In this document: positions 1-14,990 of the stretch, in pieces
Numbering within the stretch: the first letter of the stretch is position 1
Layout: each line of letters begins with the position of its first letter
DNA from: Leptogorgia sarmentosa
Lineage: Eukaryota
DNA length: 64,000 nt
Direction of reading: 5' to 3'
Assembly: GCA_964658305.1 (NCBI GenBank)
Contig: OZ210885.1
Location: forward strand, 25,854,001-25,918,000
Notes under the pieces: generated by a model
The model's database searches: none
What the model was told of the DNA's origin: nothing
The model's input: only the letters and a program-made list of their open reading frames with translations
Program-made: the position numbers and the translations under genes

Positions 1-3000
1 CAATCATGATCGTTAGTCATAATCATCATCGCTAATCATAATCATGGCGGTTAATCATAATCATGTTCGTTAATCATAATCATGATCGTTAATCATAATC
101 ATGTTCGTTAATCATAATCATGATCGTTAATCATAATCATGATCGTTAATCATCTTCATGATCGTTAATCATAATCATGATCGTCAATCATAATCATGAC
201 CGCTAATCATAATCATGATCGTTAATCATGGTCATGATCGTTAATCATAATCATGATCGTAAATCAAATTCCTGATAGTCAATCATCATCGTCAATCATA
301 ATCATCATCGTTAATCGTAATCATGATCGTTAATCATAATCATGATCGTTAATCATATTCATGATCGTTAATCATAATCGTGATCGTTAATCATAATCAT
401 GATCGTTAATCATAAACATGATCGTTAATCATTATCATGACCGCTAATCATAATCAGGAACGTTAATCATAATCATGATCGTTAATCATAATCGTGATCG
501 TTAATCATGATCATGATCGTTAATCATGATCGTTAATTATGATGGTTAATAATAATCATGATCGTTAATCATAACCATGATCGTCAAACATAATCATGAT
601 CGTTAATCATAATCATGATCGTTAATCATAATCATGATCGTTAATGATAACCATGATCGTCAAAGATAATCATGATCGTTAATCATAATCATGATCGTTA
701 ATCATATTCAGGATCGTTAATCATAATCATGATCGTCAATCATAATCATAATCAAAATTAATTCAAAATTCATGATCGTTAGTCATAATCATGATCGTTA
801 ATCATGATCGATAATCATGATCGTTAATCATGATCGTTAATCATAATCATGGTCGTCATTCATAATCACTATCGTTAATCATAACCATGATCGTCAATGA
901 TAATCATGATTGTTAATCATAATCATGATCGTCAATCATAATGATGATCGCTAATCATGATGGTTAATCATAATCATGGTTGTTAATCAATATCGTTCAT
1001 AATTATTATGATCGTTAATCATAATCATGATCTTAATCGTAATCATGATCGTTGATCATGATCGTTAATCATAATCATGGTCGTTAATCATAATCAGTAA
1101 TGATAATCATAATCGTGAATCTTTATTGTGACCGTTTATTTTAAGAATGATTGTTAATTATAATCATGATCGTCAATCATAATCATGACCGCTAATCATA
1201 ATCATGATCGTTAATCATGGTCATGATCGTTAATCATAATCATGATCGTAAATCGAATTCCTGATAGTCAATCATCATCGTCAATCATAATCATCATCGT
1301 TAATCGTAATCATGATCGTTAATCATAATCATGATCGTTAATCATATTCATGATCGTTAATCATAATCGTGATCGTTAATCATAATCATGATCGTTAATC
1401 ATAAACATGATCGTTAATCATTATCATGACCGCTAATCATAATCACGAACGTTAATCATAATCATGATCGTTAATCATAATCATGATCGTTAATCATGAT
1501 CATGATCGTTAATCATGATCGTTAATCATGATGGTTAATAATAATCATGATCGTTATTCATAATCATGATCGTTAATGATAACCATGATCGTCAAAGATA
1601 ATCATGATCGTTAATCATAATCATGATCGTTAATCATCTTCAGGATCGTTAATCATAATGATGATCGTCAATCATAATCATAATCGTTAATCGTAATCAT
1701 GATCGTTAATCATAATCATGATCGTTAATCATAATCATAATCGCTAATCAAAATCATGATGGTTAATCATAATCATGGTCGTTAATCATAATCATGATCG
1801 TTAATCATGGTCGTAAATCATAATCATGATCCTCAATCATATTCGTGATCGTTAATCATAATCATGATCGTCAATCATGATCATGACCGCTAATCATAAT
1901 CATGATAGTCAATCATAATCATGATCGTCAATCATGATCGTTAATCATATTCATGATCGTTAATCATAATCATGATCGTCAATCATCATCATGATTGTTA
2001 ATCATAATCATGATCGTCAATCATGATTGTTAATCATAATCATGATCGTTAATCATATTCATGATCGTTAATCATAATCATGATCGACAATCATAATCAT
2101 GACCGCTAATCATAATCATGATCGTTAATCATAATCATTATCGTTAATCATGGTCATGATCGTTAATCATAATCATGATCGTAAATCGAATTCCTGATCG
2201 TCAATCATCATCGTTAATCATAATCATGATCGTTAATCGTAATCATGATCGTTAATCATAATCATGATCGTTAATCATATTCATGATCGTTAATCACAAT
2301 CATGATCGTTAATCATAATCATGATCGTTAATCATAACCATGATCGTTAATCGTAATCATGATCGTTAATCATAGTCATCATCGTTAATCATATTCAGGA
2401 TCTTTAATCATATTCATGATCGTTAATCATAATCATGATCGTTAAGCATAATCATGATCGTTAATCATAATCATGATCGTTAATCATGATCGTTTATAAT
2501 AATCATGATCATTAATCATAATCATAATCTTTAATCATGATCATGATCGTTAATCATAACCATGATCGTCAATGATAATTATGATCGTTAATCATAATCA
2601 TGATCGCTAATCATATTCAGGATTGTTAATCATAATCATGATCCTCAATCATAATCATAATCATAATCGCTAATCAAAATCATGATGGTTAATCATAATC
2701 ATGGTCGTTAATCATAATCATGATCGTTAATCATGGTCGTAAATCATAATCATGATCATTAATCATAATCATAATCTTTAATCATAATCATGATCGTTAA
2801 TCAAATTCACGGCCGTTAATCATGATCGTTAATCATAGTCATGATCGTTAATCATAATCATGATCGTTAACCATAATCAGTAATGGTAATCATGATCGTG
2901 AGTCTTTATTATGATCGTTTATCATAAGCATGATCGTTAATTATAATCATGACAGTTAATCATAATCATGAACGTTAATCATATTAATGATCGTTAATCA

Positions 3001-6000
3001 TAATCATGATCGTCAATCATAATCGTGACCGCTAATCATAATCATGATTGTTAATCATATTCATGATCGTCAATCATGATCGTTAATCATATTCATGATC
3101 GTTAATCATAATCATGATCGTCAATCATCATGATGTTCGTTAATCAAAATCACGATCGTCAATCATGATCGTTAATCATAATCCTGATCGTAAATCGAAT
3201 TCCTGATCGTCAATCATCATCGTTAATCATAATCATGATCGTTAATCGTAATCATGATCGTTAATCATAATCATGATCGTTAATCATATTCATGATCGTT
3301 AATCACAATCATGATCGTTAATCATAATCATGATCGTTAATCACGATCATTAAACATAATCATGTTCGTTAATCATAATCATGATCGTTAATATTAATCA
3401 TGATCCTTAATTATAATCATGATTGCTAATCGTGATCGTTAATCAATCATGATCGTTAGTCATAATCATCATCGCTAATCATAATCATGGCGGTTAATCA
3501 TAATCATGTTCGTTAATCATAATCATGATCGTTAATCATAATCATGTTCGTTAATCATAATCATGATCGTTAATCATAATCATGATCGTTAATCATCTTC
3601 ATGATCGTTAATCATAATCATGATCGTCAATCATAATCATGACCGCTAATCATAATCATGATCGTTAATCATGGTCATGATCGTTAATCATAATCATGAT
3701 CGTAAATCGAATTCCTGATAGTCAATCATCATCGTCAATCATAATCATCATCGTTAATCGTAATCATGATCGTTAATCATAATCATGATCGTTAATCATA
3801 TTCATGATCGTTAATCATAATCGTGATCGTTAATCATAATCATGATCGTTAATCATAAACATGATCGTTAATCATTATCATGACCGCTAATCATAATCAG
3901 GAACGTTAATCATAATCATGATCGTTAATCATAATCGTGATCGTTAATCATGATCATGATCGTTAATCATGATCGTTAATTATGATGGTTAATAATAATC
4001 ATGATCGTTAATCATAATCATGATCGTTAATGATAACCATGATCGTCAAAGATAATCATGATCGTTAATCATAATCATGATCGTTAATCATATTCAGGAT
4101 CGTTAATCATAATAATGATCGTCAATCATAATCATAATCGTTAATCGTAATCATGATCGTTAATCATAATCATGATCGTTAATCATAATCGTGATCGTTA
4201 ATCATAATCATGATCGTTAATCATAATCATGATCGTTAATCATAATCCTGACCGCTAATCATAATCATGATCCTCAATCATATTCGTGATCGTTAATCAT
4301 AATCATGATCGTCAATCATAATCATGACCGATAATCATAATCATGATAGTCAATCATAATCATGATCGTTAATCACGATCATTAAACATAATCATGTTCG
4401 TTAATCATATTCATGATCGTTAATCATATTCATGATAGTTAATCATAGTCTTGATCGTCAATCATAATCATGACCGCTAATCATAATCATGATCGTCAAT
4501 CATGATCGTTAATCATAATCATGATCGTTAATCATATTCATGATAGTTAATCATAGTCTTGATCGTCAATCATAATCATGACCGCTAATCATAATCATGA
4601 TCGTTAATCATATTCATGAACGTTAATCATAATCATGATCGTCAATCATAATCATGACAGCTAATCACAATTATGATAATTAATCAAATTCATGATCGTC
4701 AATCATCATCGTTAATCATAATCATGATCGTTAATCATGGTCATGATCGTTAATCATAAACATGATCGTTAATCATTATCATGACCGCTAATCATAATCA
4801 CGAACGTTAATCATAATCGTGATCGTTAATCATGATCATGATCGTTAATCATGATCGTTAATTATGATGGTTAATAATAATCATGATCGTTAATCATAAT
4901 CATGATCGTTAATGATAACCATGATCGTCAAAGATAATCATGATCGTTAATCATAATCATGATCGTTAGTTATAATCATGACCGCTAATCATAATCATGA
5001 TCCTCAATCATATTCGTGATCGTTAATCATAATCATGATCGTCAATCATAATCATGACCGCTAATCATAATCATGATAGTCAATCATAATCATGATCGTC
5101 AATAATGATCGTTAATCATAATCATGATCGTCAATCATGATTGTTAATCATAATCATGATCGTTAATCATATTCATGATCGTTAATCATAATCATGATCG
5201 ACAATCATAATCATGACCGCTAATCATAATCATGATCGTTAATCATATTCATGATCGTTAATCATATTCATGAACGTTAATCATAATCATGATCGTCAAT
5301 CATAATCATGACCGCTAATCATAATTATAATAATTAATCAAATTCATGATCGTCAATCATCATCGTTAATCATAATCATGATCGTTAATCATGGTCATGA
5401 TCGTTAATCATAATCATGATCATAAATCGAATTCCTGATCGTCAATCATCATCGTTAATCATAATCATGATCGTTAATCGTAATCATGATCGTTAATCAT
5501 AATCATGATCGTTAATCATATTCATCATCGTTAATCATAATCATGATCGTTAATCATAATCATGATCGTTAATCACGATCATTAAACATAATCATGTTCG
5601 TTAATCATAATCATGATCGTTGATCTTAATCATGATCGTTAAACACAATCATTATCGTTAATCATAATCATGATCGTTAATATTAATCATGATCGTTAAT
5701 CATAATCGTGATCGTTAATCATAATCAGTAATGATAATCATGATCGTGAGTCTTTATTATGATCGTTTATCATAAGCATGATCGTTAATTATGATGGTTA
5801 ATAATAATCATGATCGTTAATCATAATCATGATCGTTAATGATAACCATGATCGTCAAAGATAATCATGATCGTTAATCATAATCAGTAGTGATAATCAT
5901 GATCGTGAATCTTTATTATGATCGTTTATCATAAGCATGATCGTTAATTATAATCATGATCGTTAATGATAATCATGATCGTTAATGATAATCATGAACG

Positions 6001-9000
6001 TTAATCACAATAATGATCGTTAATCATTATCATGATCGTTAATCAAAATCATGATCGTTAATCATAATCATGATCGTTAATCATAATCATGATAGTTAAT
6101 CATAATCATGATCGTTAATCATGATCGTTAATCATAATCATGATCATTAATCATAATCATAATCTTTAATCATAATCATGATCGTTAATCAAAATCATCA
6201 TCGTTAATCATAATCATGATCGTTAATATGATCGCTAATCATGATCTTTGATCATAATCATGATCGTTAATCAAATTCATGATCGTTAATCATAATCACG
6301 ATCGTTAATCATAATCATGATCGTTAATCATAATCATGATCATTAATCATAATCAGTAGTGATAATCATGATCGTGAATCTTTATTATGATCGTTTATCA
6401 TAAGCATGATCGTTAATTATAATCATGACAGTTAATCATAATCACGAACGTTAATCATAATCATGATCGTTAATCATAATCGTGATCGTTAATCATCATC
6501 ATGATCGTTAATCATGATCGTTAATCATGATGGTTAATCATAATCATGATCGTTAATCATAACCATGATCGTCAAACATAATCATGATCGTTAATCATAA
6601 TCATGATCGTTAATCATAATCATGATCGTTAATGATAACCATGATCATCAAAGATAATCATGATCGTTAATCATAATCATGATCGTTAATCATATTCAGG
6701 ATCGTTAATCATAATCATGATCGTCAATCATAATCATGACCGCTAATCATAATCATGATAGTCAATCATAATCATGATCGTCAATAATGATCGTTAATCA
6801 TAATCATGATCGTCAATCATGATTGTTAATCATAATCATGATCGTTAATCATATTCATGATCGTTAATCATAATCATGATCGACAATCATAATCATGACC
6901 GCTAATCATAATCATGATCGTTAATCATATTCATGATCGTTAATCATATTCATGAACGTTAATCATAATCATGATCGTCAATCATAATCATGACCGCTAA
7001 TCATAATTATAATAATTAATCAAATTCATGATCGTCAATCATCATCGTTAATCATAATCATGATCGTTAATCATGGTCATGATCGTTAATCATAATCATG
7101 ATCATAAATCGAATTCCTGATCGTCAATCATCATCGTTAATCATAATCATGATCGTTAATCGTAATCATGATCGTTAGTCATAATCATGATCGTTAATCA
7201 TATTCATGATCGTTAATCATAATCATGATCGTTAATCATAATCATGATCGTTAATCACGATCATTAAACATAATCATGTTCGTTAATCATAATCATGATC
7301 GTTGATCTTAATCATGATCGTTAAACACAATCATTATCGTTAATCATAATCATGATCGTTAATATAAATCATGATCGTTAATCATAATCGTGATCGTTAA
7401 TCATAATCAGTAATGATAATCATGATCGTGAGTCTTTATTATGATCGTTTATCATAAGCATGATCGTTAATTATGATGGTTAATAATAATCATGATCGTT
7501 AATCATAATCATGATCGTTAATGATAACCATGATCGTCAAAGATAATCATGATCGTTAATCATAATCATGATCGTTAATCATATTCAGGATCGTTAATCA
7601 TAATCATGATCGTCAATCATAATCATAATCGTTAATCGTAATCATGATCGTTAATCATAATCATGATCGTTAATCATAATCATGATAGTTAATCATAATC
7701 ATGATCGTTAATCATGATCGTTAATCATAATCATGATCATTAATCATAATCATAATCTTTAATCATAATCATGATCGTTAATCAAAATCATCATCGTTAA
7801 TCATAATCATGATCGTTAATATGATCGCTAATCATGATCTTTTATCATAATCATGATCGTTAATCAAATTCATGATCGTTAATCATAATCACGATCGTTA
7901 ATCATAATCATGCGTTAATCATAATCATGATCATTAATCATAATCAGTAGTGATAATCATGCTCGTGAATCTTTATTATGATCGTTTATCATAAGCATGA
8001 TCGTTAATTATAATCATGACAGTTAATCATAATCACGAACGTTAATCATAATCATGATCGTTAATCATAATCATGATCGTTAATCATCATCATGATCGTT
8101 AATCATGATCGTTAATCATGATGGTTAATCATAATCATTATCGTTAATCATAACCATGATCGTCAAACATAATCATGATCGTTAATCATAATCATGATCG
8201 TTAATCATATTCAGGATCGTTAATCATAATCGCGATCGTCAATCATAATGATGATCGCTAATCATGATGTTTAATCATAATCATGGTCGTTAATCAATAT
8301 CGTTAATAATAATCATGATCGTTAATCATAATCATGATCGTAATCATAATCATGATCGTTGATCATAATCGTTAATCATAATCATGGTCGTTAATCATAA
8401 TCAGTATAATAATCATAATCGTGAATCTTTATTATGATCGTTTATCATAAGCATGATAGTTAATTATAATCATGATCGTTAATCATAATCATGATCGTTA
8501 ATCATAATCAGTAATGATAATCATGATCGTGAATCTTTTTATGATCGTTTATCATAAGCATGATAGTTAATTATAATCATGACAGTTAATCATAATCATG
8601 AACGTTAATCATAATAATGATCGTCAATCATAATCATGATCGTTAATAAAAATCATGATCGTCAATCATAATTATGATCGTTAATATGATCGTTAATCAT
8701 GATCGTTAATCATAATCATGTTCGTTAATCATAATCATGATCGTCAATCACAATCATGATCGTTAATCGTGATCGTTAATCATAAACATGATCGTTAATC
8801 ATAATCATTATCGTTAACCATAACCATGATCGTCAATGATAATCATAATCGCTAATCATAATCATGATCGTTAATCATAATCATGATCGTTAATCATAAT
8901 CATGATCGCTAATCATGATCGTTAATCATAATCATGATCATTAATCATAATCATAATCTTTAATCATAATCGTTAATCAAAATCATCATCGTTAATCATA

Positions 9001-12000
9001 ATCATGATCGTTAATATGATCGCTAATCATGATCTTTGATCATAATCATGAGCGTTAATCAAATTCATGATCGTTAACCATGATCGTTGATCATAATCAT
9101 GATCGTTAATCATAATAATGATCGTTAATCATAATCATGATCGTTTATCATAATCAGTAATGATAATCATGATCGTGAATCTTTATTATGATCGTTTATC
9201 ATAAGCATGATAGTTAATTATAATCATGAGAGTTAATCATAATCATGAACGTTAATCATAATAATGATCGTTAATCATAATCATGATCTTTAGTCATAAT
9301 CATGATCGTTAATCGTGATCGTTAATCATGATCGTTAATCATGATCGTTAATTATAATCATGGTCGTCATTCATAATCATTATCGTTAATCATAACAATG
9401 ATCGTCAATGATAATCATGATTGTTAATCATAATCATGATCGTCAATCATAATGATGATCGCTAATCATGATGGTTAATCATAATCATGGTTGTTAATCA
9501 TATTCATGATCGTTAATCATAATCATGATCGACAATCATAATCATGACCGCTAATCATAATCATGATCGTTAATCATAATCGTGATCGTTAATCATAATC
9601 ATGATCGTTAATCATAATCATGATCGTTAATCATAATTATGTCCGCTAATCATAATCATGATCGTTAATCATATTCATGATCGTTAATCATAATCATGAT
9701 CGACAATCATAATCATGACCGCTAATCATAATCATGATCATCAATCATAATCATGACCGCTAATCATAATCATGATCGTTAATCATAATCATGATCGTTA
9801 ATCATAATCATGATCGTAATCATAATCATGATCGTTGATCATGATCGTTAATCATAATCATGGTTGTTAATCATATTCATGATCGTTAATCATAATCATG
9901 ATCGACAATCATAATCATGACCGCTAATCATAATCATGATCGTTAATCATAATCGTGATCGTTAATCATAATCATGATCGTTAATCATAATCATGATCGT
10001 TAATCATAATTATGTCCGCTAATCATAATCATGATCGTTAATCATATTCATGATCGTTAATCATAATCATGATCGACAATCATAATCATGACCGCTAATC
10101 ATAATCATGATCATCAATCATAATCATGACCGCTAATCATAATCATGATCGTTAATCATAATCATGATCGTTAATCATAATCATGATCGTAATCATAATC
10201 ATGATCGTTGATCATGATCGTTAATCATAATCATGGTCGTTAATCATAATCAGTAATGATAATCATAATCGTGAATCTTTATTATGACCGTTTATTATAA
10301 GCATGATAGTTAATTATAATCATGATCGTTAATCATAATAATGATCGTTAATCATAATCAGTAATGATAATCATGACCGTGAATCTTTATTATGATCGTT
10401 TATCATAAGCATGATAGTTAATTATAATCATGACAGTTAATCATAATCATGAACGTTAATCATAATAATGATCGCCAATCATAATCATGGTCGTTAATAA
10501 AAATCGTGACCGCTAATGATAATCATGATCGTTAATCATAATCATGATCGTCAATCATGATCGTTAATCATATTCATGATCGTTAATCATAATCATGATC
10601 GTCAATCATCATCATGTTCGTTAATCAAAATCACGATCGTCAATCATGATCGTTAATCATAATCCTGATCGTTAATCATATTCATGATCGTTAATCATAA
10701 TCATGATCGACAATCATAATCATGACCGCTAATCATAATCATGATCGTTAATCATATTCATGATCATTAATCATATTTATGAACGTTAATCATAATCATA
10801 ATCGTCAATCATAATCATGACCGCTAATCATAATTATGATAATTAATGAAATTCAAGATCGTCAATCATCATCGTTAATCATAATCATGATCGTTGATCA
10901 TGGTCATGATCGTTAATCATAATCATGATCGTAAATCGAATTCCTGATCGTCAATCATCATCGTTAATCATAATCATGATCGTTAATAGTAATCATGATC
11001 GTTAATCATAATCATGATCGTTAATCATATTCATGATCGTTAATCATGTTCGTTAATCATGATCATGATCGTCAATCATGATCGTTAATCATAATCATCA
11101 TCTTTAATCGTATTCATGATCGTTAATCATAATCATCATTGTTATTGAAATTCATGATCATCTATCATAATCCTTAATCATAATCATGATCGTTAATCAT
11201 AATCATGATCGTTAATCATAATCATGATCGTTAATCATATTCATGATCGTTAATAATAATCATGATCGTCAATCATAATCATGACCGCTAATCGTAATCA
11301 TGATCGTTAATCATATTCATGATCGTTAATCATAATCATGTTCGTTAATCATAATCATGATCGTTAATCGTAATCATGATCGTTAATCATAATCATGATC
11401 GTTAATCATATTCATGATCGTTAATCATAATCATGATCGTCAATCATAATCATGATCGTTAATCATAATCATGATCGTCAATCATAATCATGACCGCTAA
11501 TCATAATCATGATAGTCAATCATAATCATGATCGTTAATCACAATCATGATCATTAATCATGATCATAATCTTCAATCATAATCATGATCGTTTATCATA
11601 ATCATGGTCATCAATCATAATCATGATCGTTAATCATAACCATTATCGTCAAATATAATCATGATCGTTAATCATAATCATGACCGCCAATCATAATGAT
11701 GATCGTTAATTATGATGGTAGTCATAATCATTATCGTCACTAGATATCGTTAATCATAATCATAATCGTAATCATAATCATGATTGTTGATCATGATCGT
11801 TAATAATAATGATGACCGTTAATCATGATAATAAATCGTAATCATGATCGTTAATCAAAATCATGATCGTTAATCATAATCATGATCGTTAATATGATCG
11901 TTAATCATGTTCGTTAATCATGATCATGATCGTCAATCATGATCGTTAATCATAATCATCATCTTTAATCGTATTCATGATCGTTAATCATAATCATGAT

Positions 12001-13966
12001 CGTTAATCATAATCATGATCGTTAATCATAATCATGATCGTTAATCATATTCATGATCGTTAATAATAATCATGATCTTGAATCATAATCATGACCGCTA
12101 ATCGAAATCAGATCGTTAATCATATTCATGATCGTTAATCATAATCGTGATCGTTAATCAAATTCATGATCGTCAATCATCGTCGTTAATCATAATCATG
12201 TTCGTTAATCATAATCATGATCGTTAATCGTAATCATGATCGTTAATCATAATCATGATCGTTAATCATATTCATGATCGTTAATCATAATCATGATCGT
12301 CAATCATAATCATGACCGTTAATCATAATCATGATCGTTAATCATAATCATGATCGTCAATCATGATCGTTAATCATAATCATGATCGTTAATCATATTC
12401 ATGATCGTTAATCATAATCATGGTCGTCAATCAAAATCATGACCGATAATCATAATCATGATCGTTAATCATATTCATGATCGTTAATCATAATCATGAT
12501 CGTCAATCATCATCATAATCGTTAATCATAATCATGATCGTCAATCATGACCGTTAATCATAATCATGATCGTTAATCATATTCATGATCGTTAATCATA
12601 ATCATGATCGACAATCATAATCATGACCGCTAATGATAATCATGATCGTTAATCATAATCATGATCGTCAATCATGATCGTTAATCATATTCATGATCGT
12701 TAATCATAATCATGATCGTCAATCATCTCATGATCGTTAATCATAATCATGATCGTCAATCATGATCGTTAATCATATTCATGATCGTTAATCATAATCA
12801 TGATCGACAATCATGATCATGACCGCTAATCATAATCATGATCGTTAATCATATTCATGATCGTTAATCATAATCATGATCGTCAATCATAATTATTACC
12901 GCTAATCATAATCATGATAATTAATCAAATTCATGATCGTCAATCATCATCGTTACTCATAATCATGATCGTTAACCATGGTCATGATCGTTAATCATAA
13001 TCATGATCGTAAATCAAATTCCTGATAGTCAATCATCATCGTCAATCATAATCATGATCGTTAATCGTAATCATGATCGTTAATCATAATCATGATAATT
13101 AATCAAGTTCATGATCGTCAATCATCATCGTTAATAATAATCATGATCGTTAATCATAATCATGACCGTTAATCAAAATCATGACCGTTAATCATAATCA
13201 TGATCCTTAATCATATTCATGATCGTTAATCATAATCATGATCGTCAATCATAATCATGACCGCTAATCATAATCATGATCGTTAATCATAATCATGATC
13301 GTCAATCATGATCGTTAATCATATTCATGATCGTTAATCATAATCATGATCGTCAATCATCATCATGATCGTTAATCATAATCATGATCGCCAATCATGA
13401 TCGTTAATCATAATCATGATCGTTAATCATATTCATGATCGTTAATCATAATCATGATCGACAATCATAATCATGACCGCTAATCATAATCATGATAATT
13501 AATCAAATTCATGATCGTCAAGCATCATCGTTAATCATAATCAAGATCGTTAATCATGGTCATGATCGTTAATCATAATCATGATCGTAAATGGAATTCC
13601 TGATCGTCAATCATCATCGTTAATCATAATCATGATCATTGTTCATAATCATGTTCGTTAATCATAATCATGACCGCTAATCATAATCATGATAATTAAT
13701 CAAATTCATGATCGTCAATCATCATCGTTAATCATAATCATGATCGTTAACCATAATCATGATCGTTAATCATATTCATGATCGTTAATCATAATCATGA
13801 TCGTTAATCACGATCATTAAACATAATCATGTTCGTTAATCATAATCATGATCGTTGATCTTAATCATGATCGTTAAACATAATCATTATCGTTAATCAT
13901 AATCATGATCGTTAATATTAATCATGATCCTTAATTATAATCATGATTGTTAATCGTGATCGTTAA
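1..13966. repeat. 19-bp satellite array, left arm (consensus TAATCATAATCATGATCGT)
   Basis: Continuous head-to-tail monomers, e.g. gttaatcataatcatgatc repeated. 13-bp (TAATCATGATCGT) and 25-bp variants arise by loss or gain of a 6-bp subunit. Recurrent variant monomers include catattcatg, gaccgctaat and gatcgtcaat. Runs off the window start. Confidence 0.98.
13963..13966. other. TTAA target-site duplication, left copy
   Basis: Abuts the left TIR. Paralogous empty sites (e.g. 50554-50557) carry a single TTAA. Confidence 0.95.
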
Positions 13967-14002
13967 AGTGCTACTGAAACGAAATTTTCGACCCCTTTTT
14001 TA
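13967..14002 (+). repeat. Left terminal inverted repeat
   Basis: AGTGCTACTGAAACGAAATTTTCGAcCCCTTTTTTT matches the reverse complement of 15986-16021 at 35/36 positions. The outer 25 bp are perfect. Confidence 0.97.
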
Positions 14003-14107
14003 TTGTCTTATTCTAAAGAACTTTCTCTCCTGATTTCAAAACTGCAAACAGAATTCAAATTGGCCCATTTGAACAGATTTTACAGCCTTCCAAATTTGCG
14101 ATTTTGG

Positions 14108-14170
14108 GCTACTTCCGTCCGAACTTTTGCGTCGCCATTTTCATGCCGTGTGACGTCATAAGATGAACAC
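14108..14170 (+). promoter_or_regulatory. Left subterminal module with YY1-like CGCCATTTT (14133-14141) and CRE palindrome TGACGTCA (14151-14158)
   Basis: 14147-14170 (CGTGTGACGTCATAAGATGAACAC) is a perfect 24-bp inverted match to 15827-15850. It ends 6 bp before the THAP ATG. Promoter function is inferred. Confidence 0.6.
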
Positions 14171-14176
14171 ATTCTC

Positions 14177-14484
14177 ATGGCGTATAGAATTAATAGCGCA
14201 AAACGCGTTCGTGGAGGAAAACGTTGTGTTGCTGGCGGTCCTAGCTTAGTTAGCTGCGGCAATAATCAGCGCACAAAAGGTATATTCATGTATCTGTTTC
14301 CTAACGCAGAAACAGATGCACAGCACCGAAAAAAGTGGGGAAATTCCGTCCTCAAACATCGGCCAGACTTTAGTGCCACTACAGGCTAGTGCTTTGTCCT
14401 GCCTGCTTTGATGATTCATGCTTCGACATGAAGCGTATTTTTGTTAAAGAGAATAAGATTATAGAGAATAAACATAATAAATGA
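14177..14484 (+). pseudogene. THAP zinc-finger remnant (N-terminus of a Kolobok transposase), frameshifted and truncated
   Basis: ORF 14177-14389 reads ...RCVAGG..SCGN...MYLFP....HRKKW....HRPDF, showing the THAP C..C, FP and W pattern. In the -1 frame from 14386 it continues LVLCPACFDDSCFDMKR, matching the THAP 'LCsxHF..scF' motif with His replaced by Cys. That frame stops at TGA 14482-14484. Confidence 0.8.
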
Positions 14485-14990
14485 GTATATAAATGTGATA
14501 ATTAACTTCATAGTTCATTTATTCAAATTTAAACTGGCAAGATAGCAAATAAAACAATATTGATATTTTATAAATATAAATGGAATAACAAGTAATAATA
14601 TATACAATAGATTATTTTACCATATAATATATAGTAAATGTTTGTAACGACTTCTAAGCAACTACTAGAACACACTAAAATAATATATAAACATTGCTGG
14701 AAATAACTAGTGATAATTTATGTTCATACTTTTGCAGTGTAAGTGTATGCAAACAATCTGAAGTTATTCTGCTGCATGCCACATGTAATGTTTAGATAAA
14801 TAAAGATGTAGTGATAATGAATGAGTGCATATACATCAAATCTTTAACACTGGTAACAATTCAGGTTTCTAAAACTAATTTTGGCAAAATGTATATCACA
14901 AGGAGAAACATCAAACAGCTCGGCATGCACAATCAAGCATTTTTCAGAATTTCAGCAATGCAATTACATAGCCAAGACTTGAATTGACTA

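Noticed and set aside
14080..14262. 60-aa minus-strand ORF
   Set aside because: Antisense to the THAP remnant and overlapping the subterminal module, with no recognisable motif.
14485..14990. Possible remnant of the transposase DDE core or C-terminus
   Set aside because: Very AT-rich, with no ORF in the track and no motif I could recognise in the frames I read. It may be intron or UTR sequence. BLASTX would settle it.
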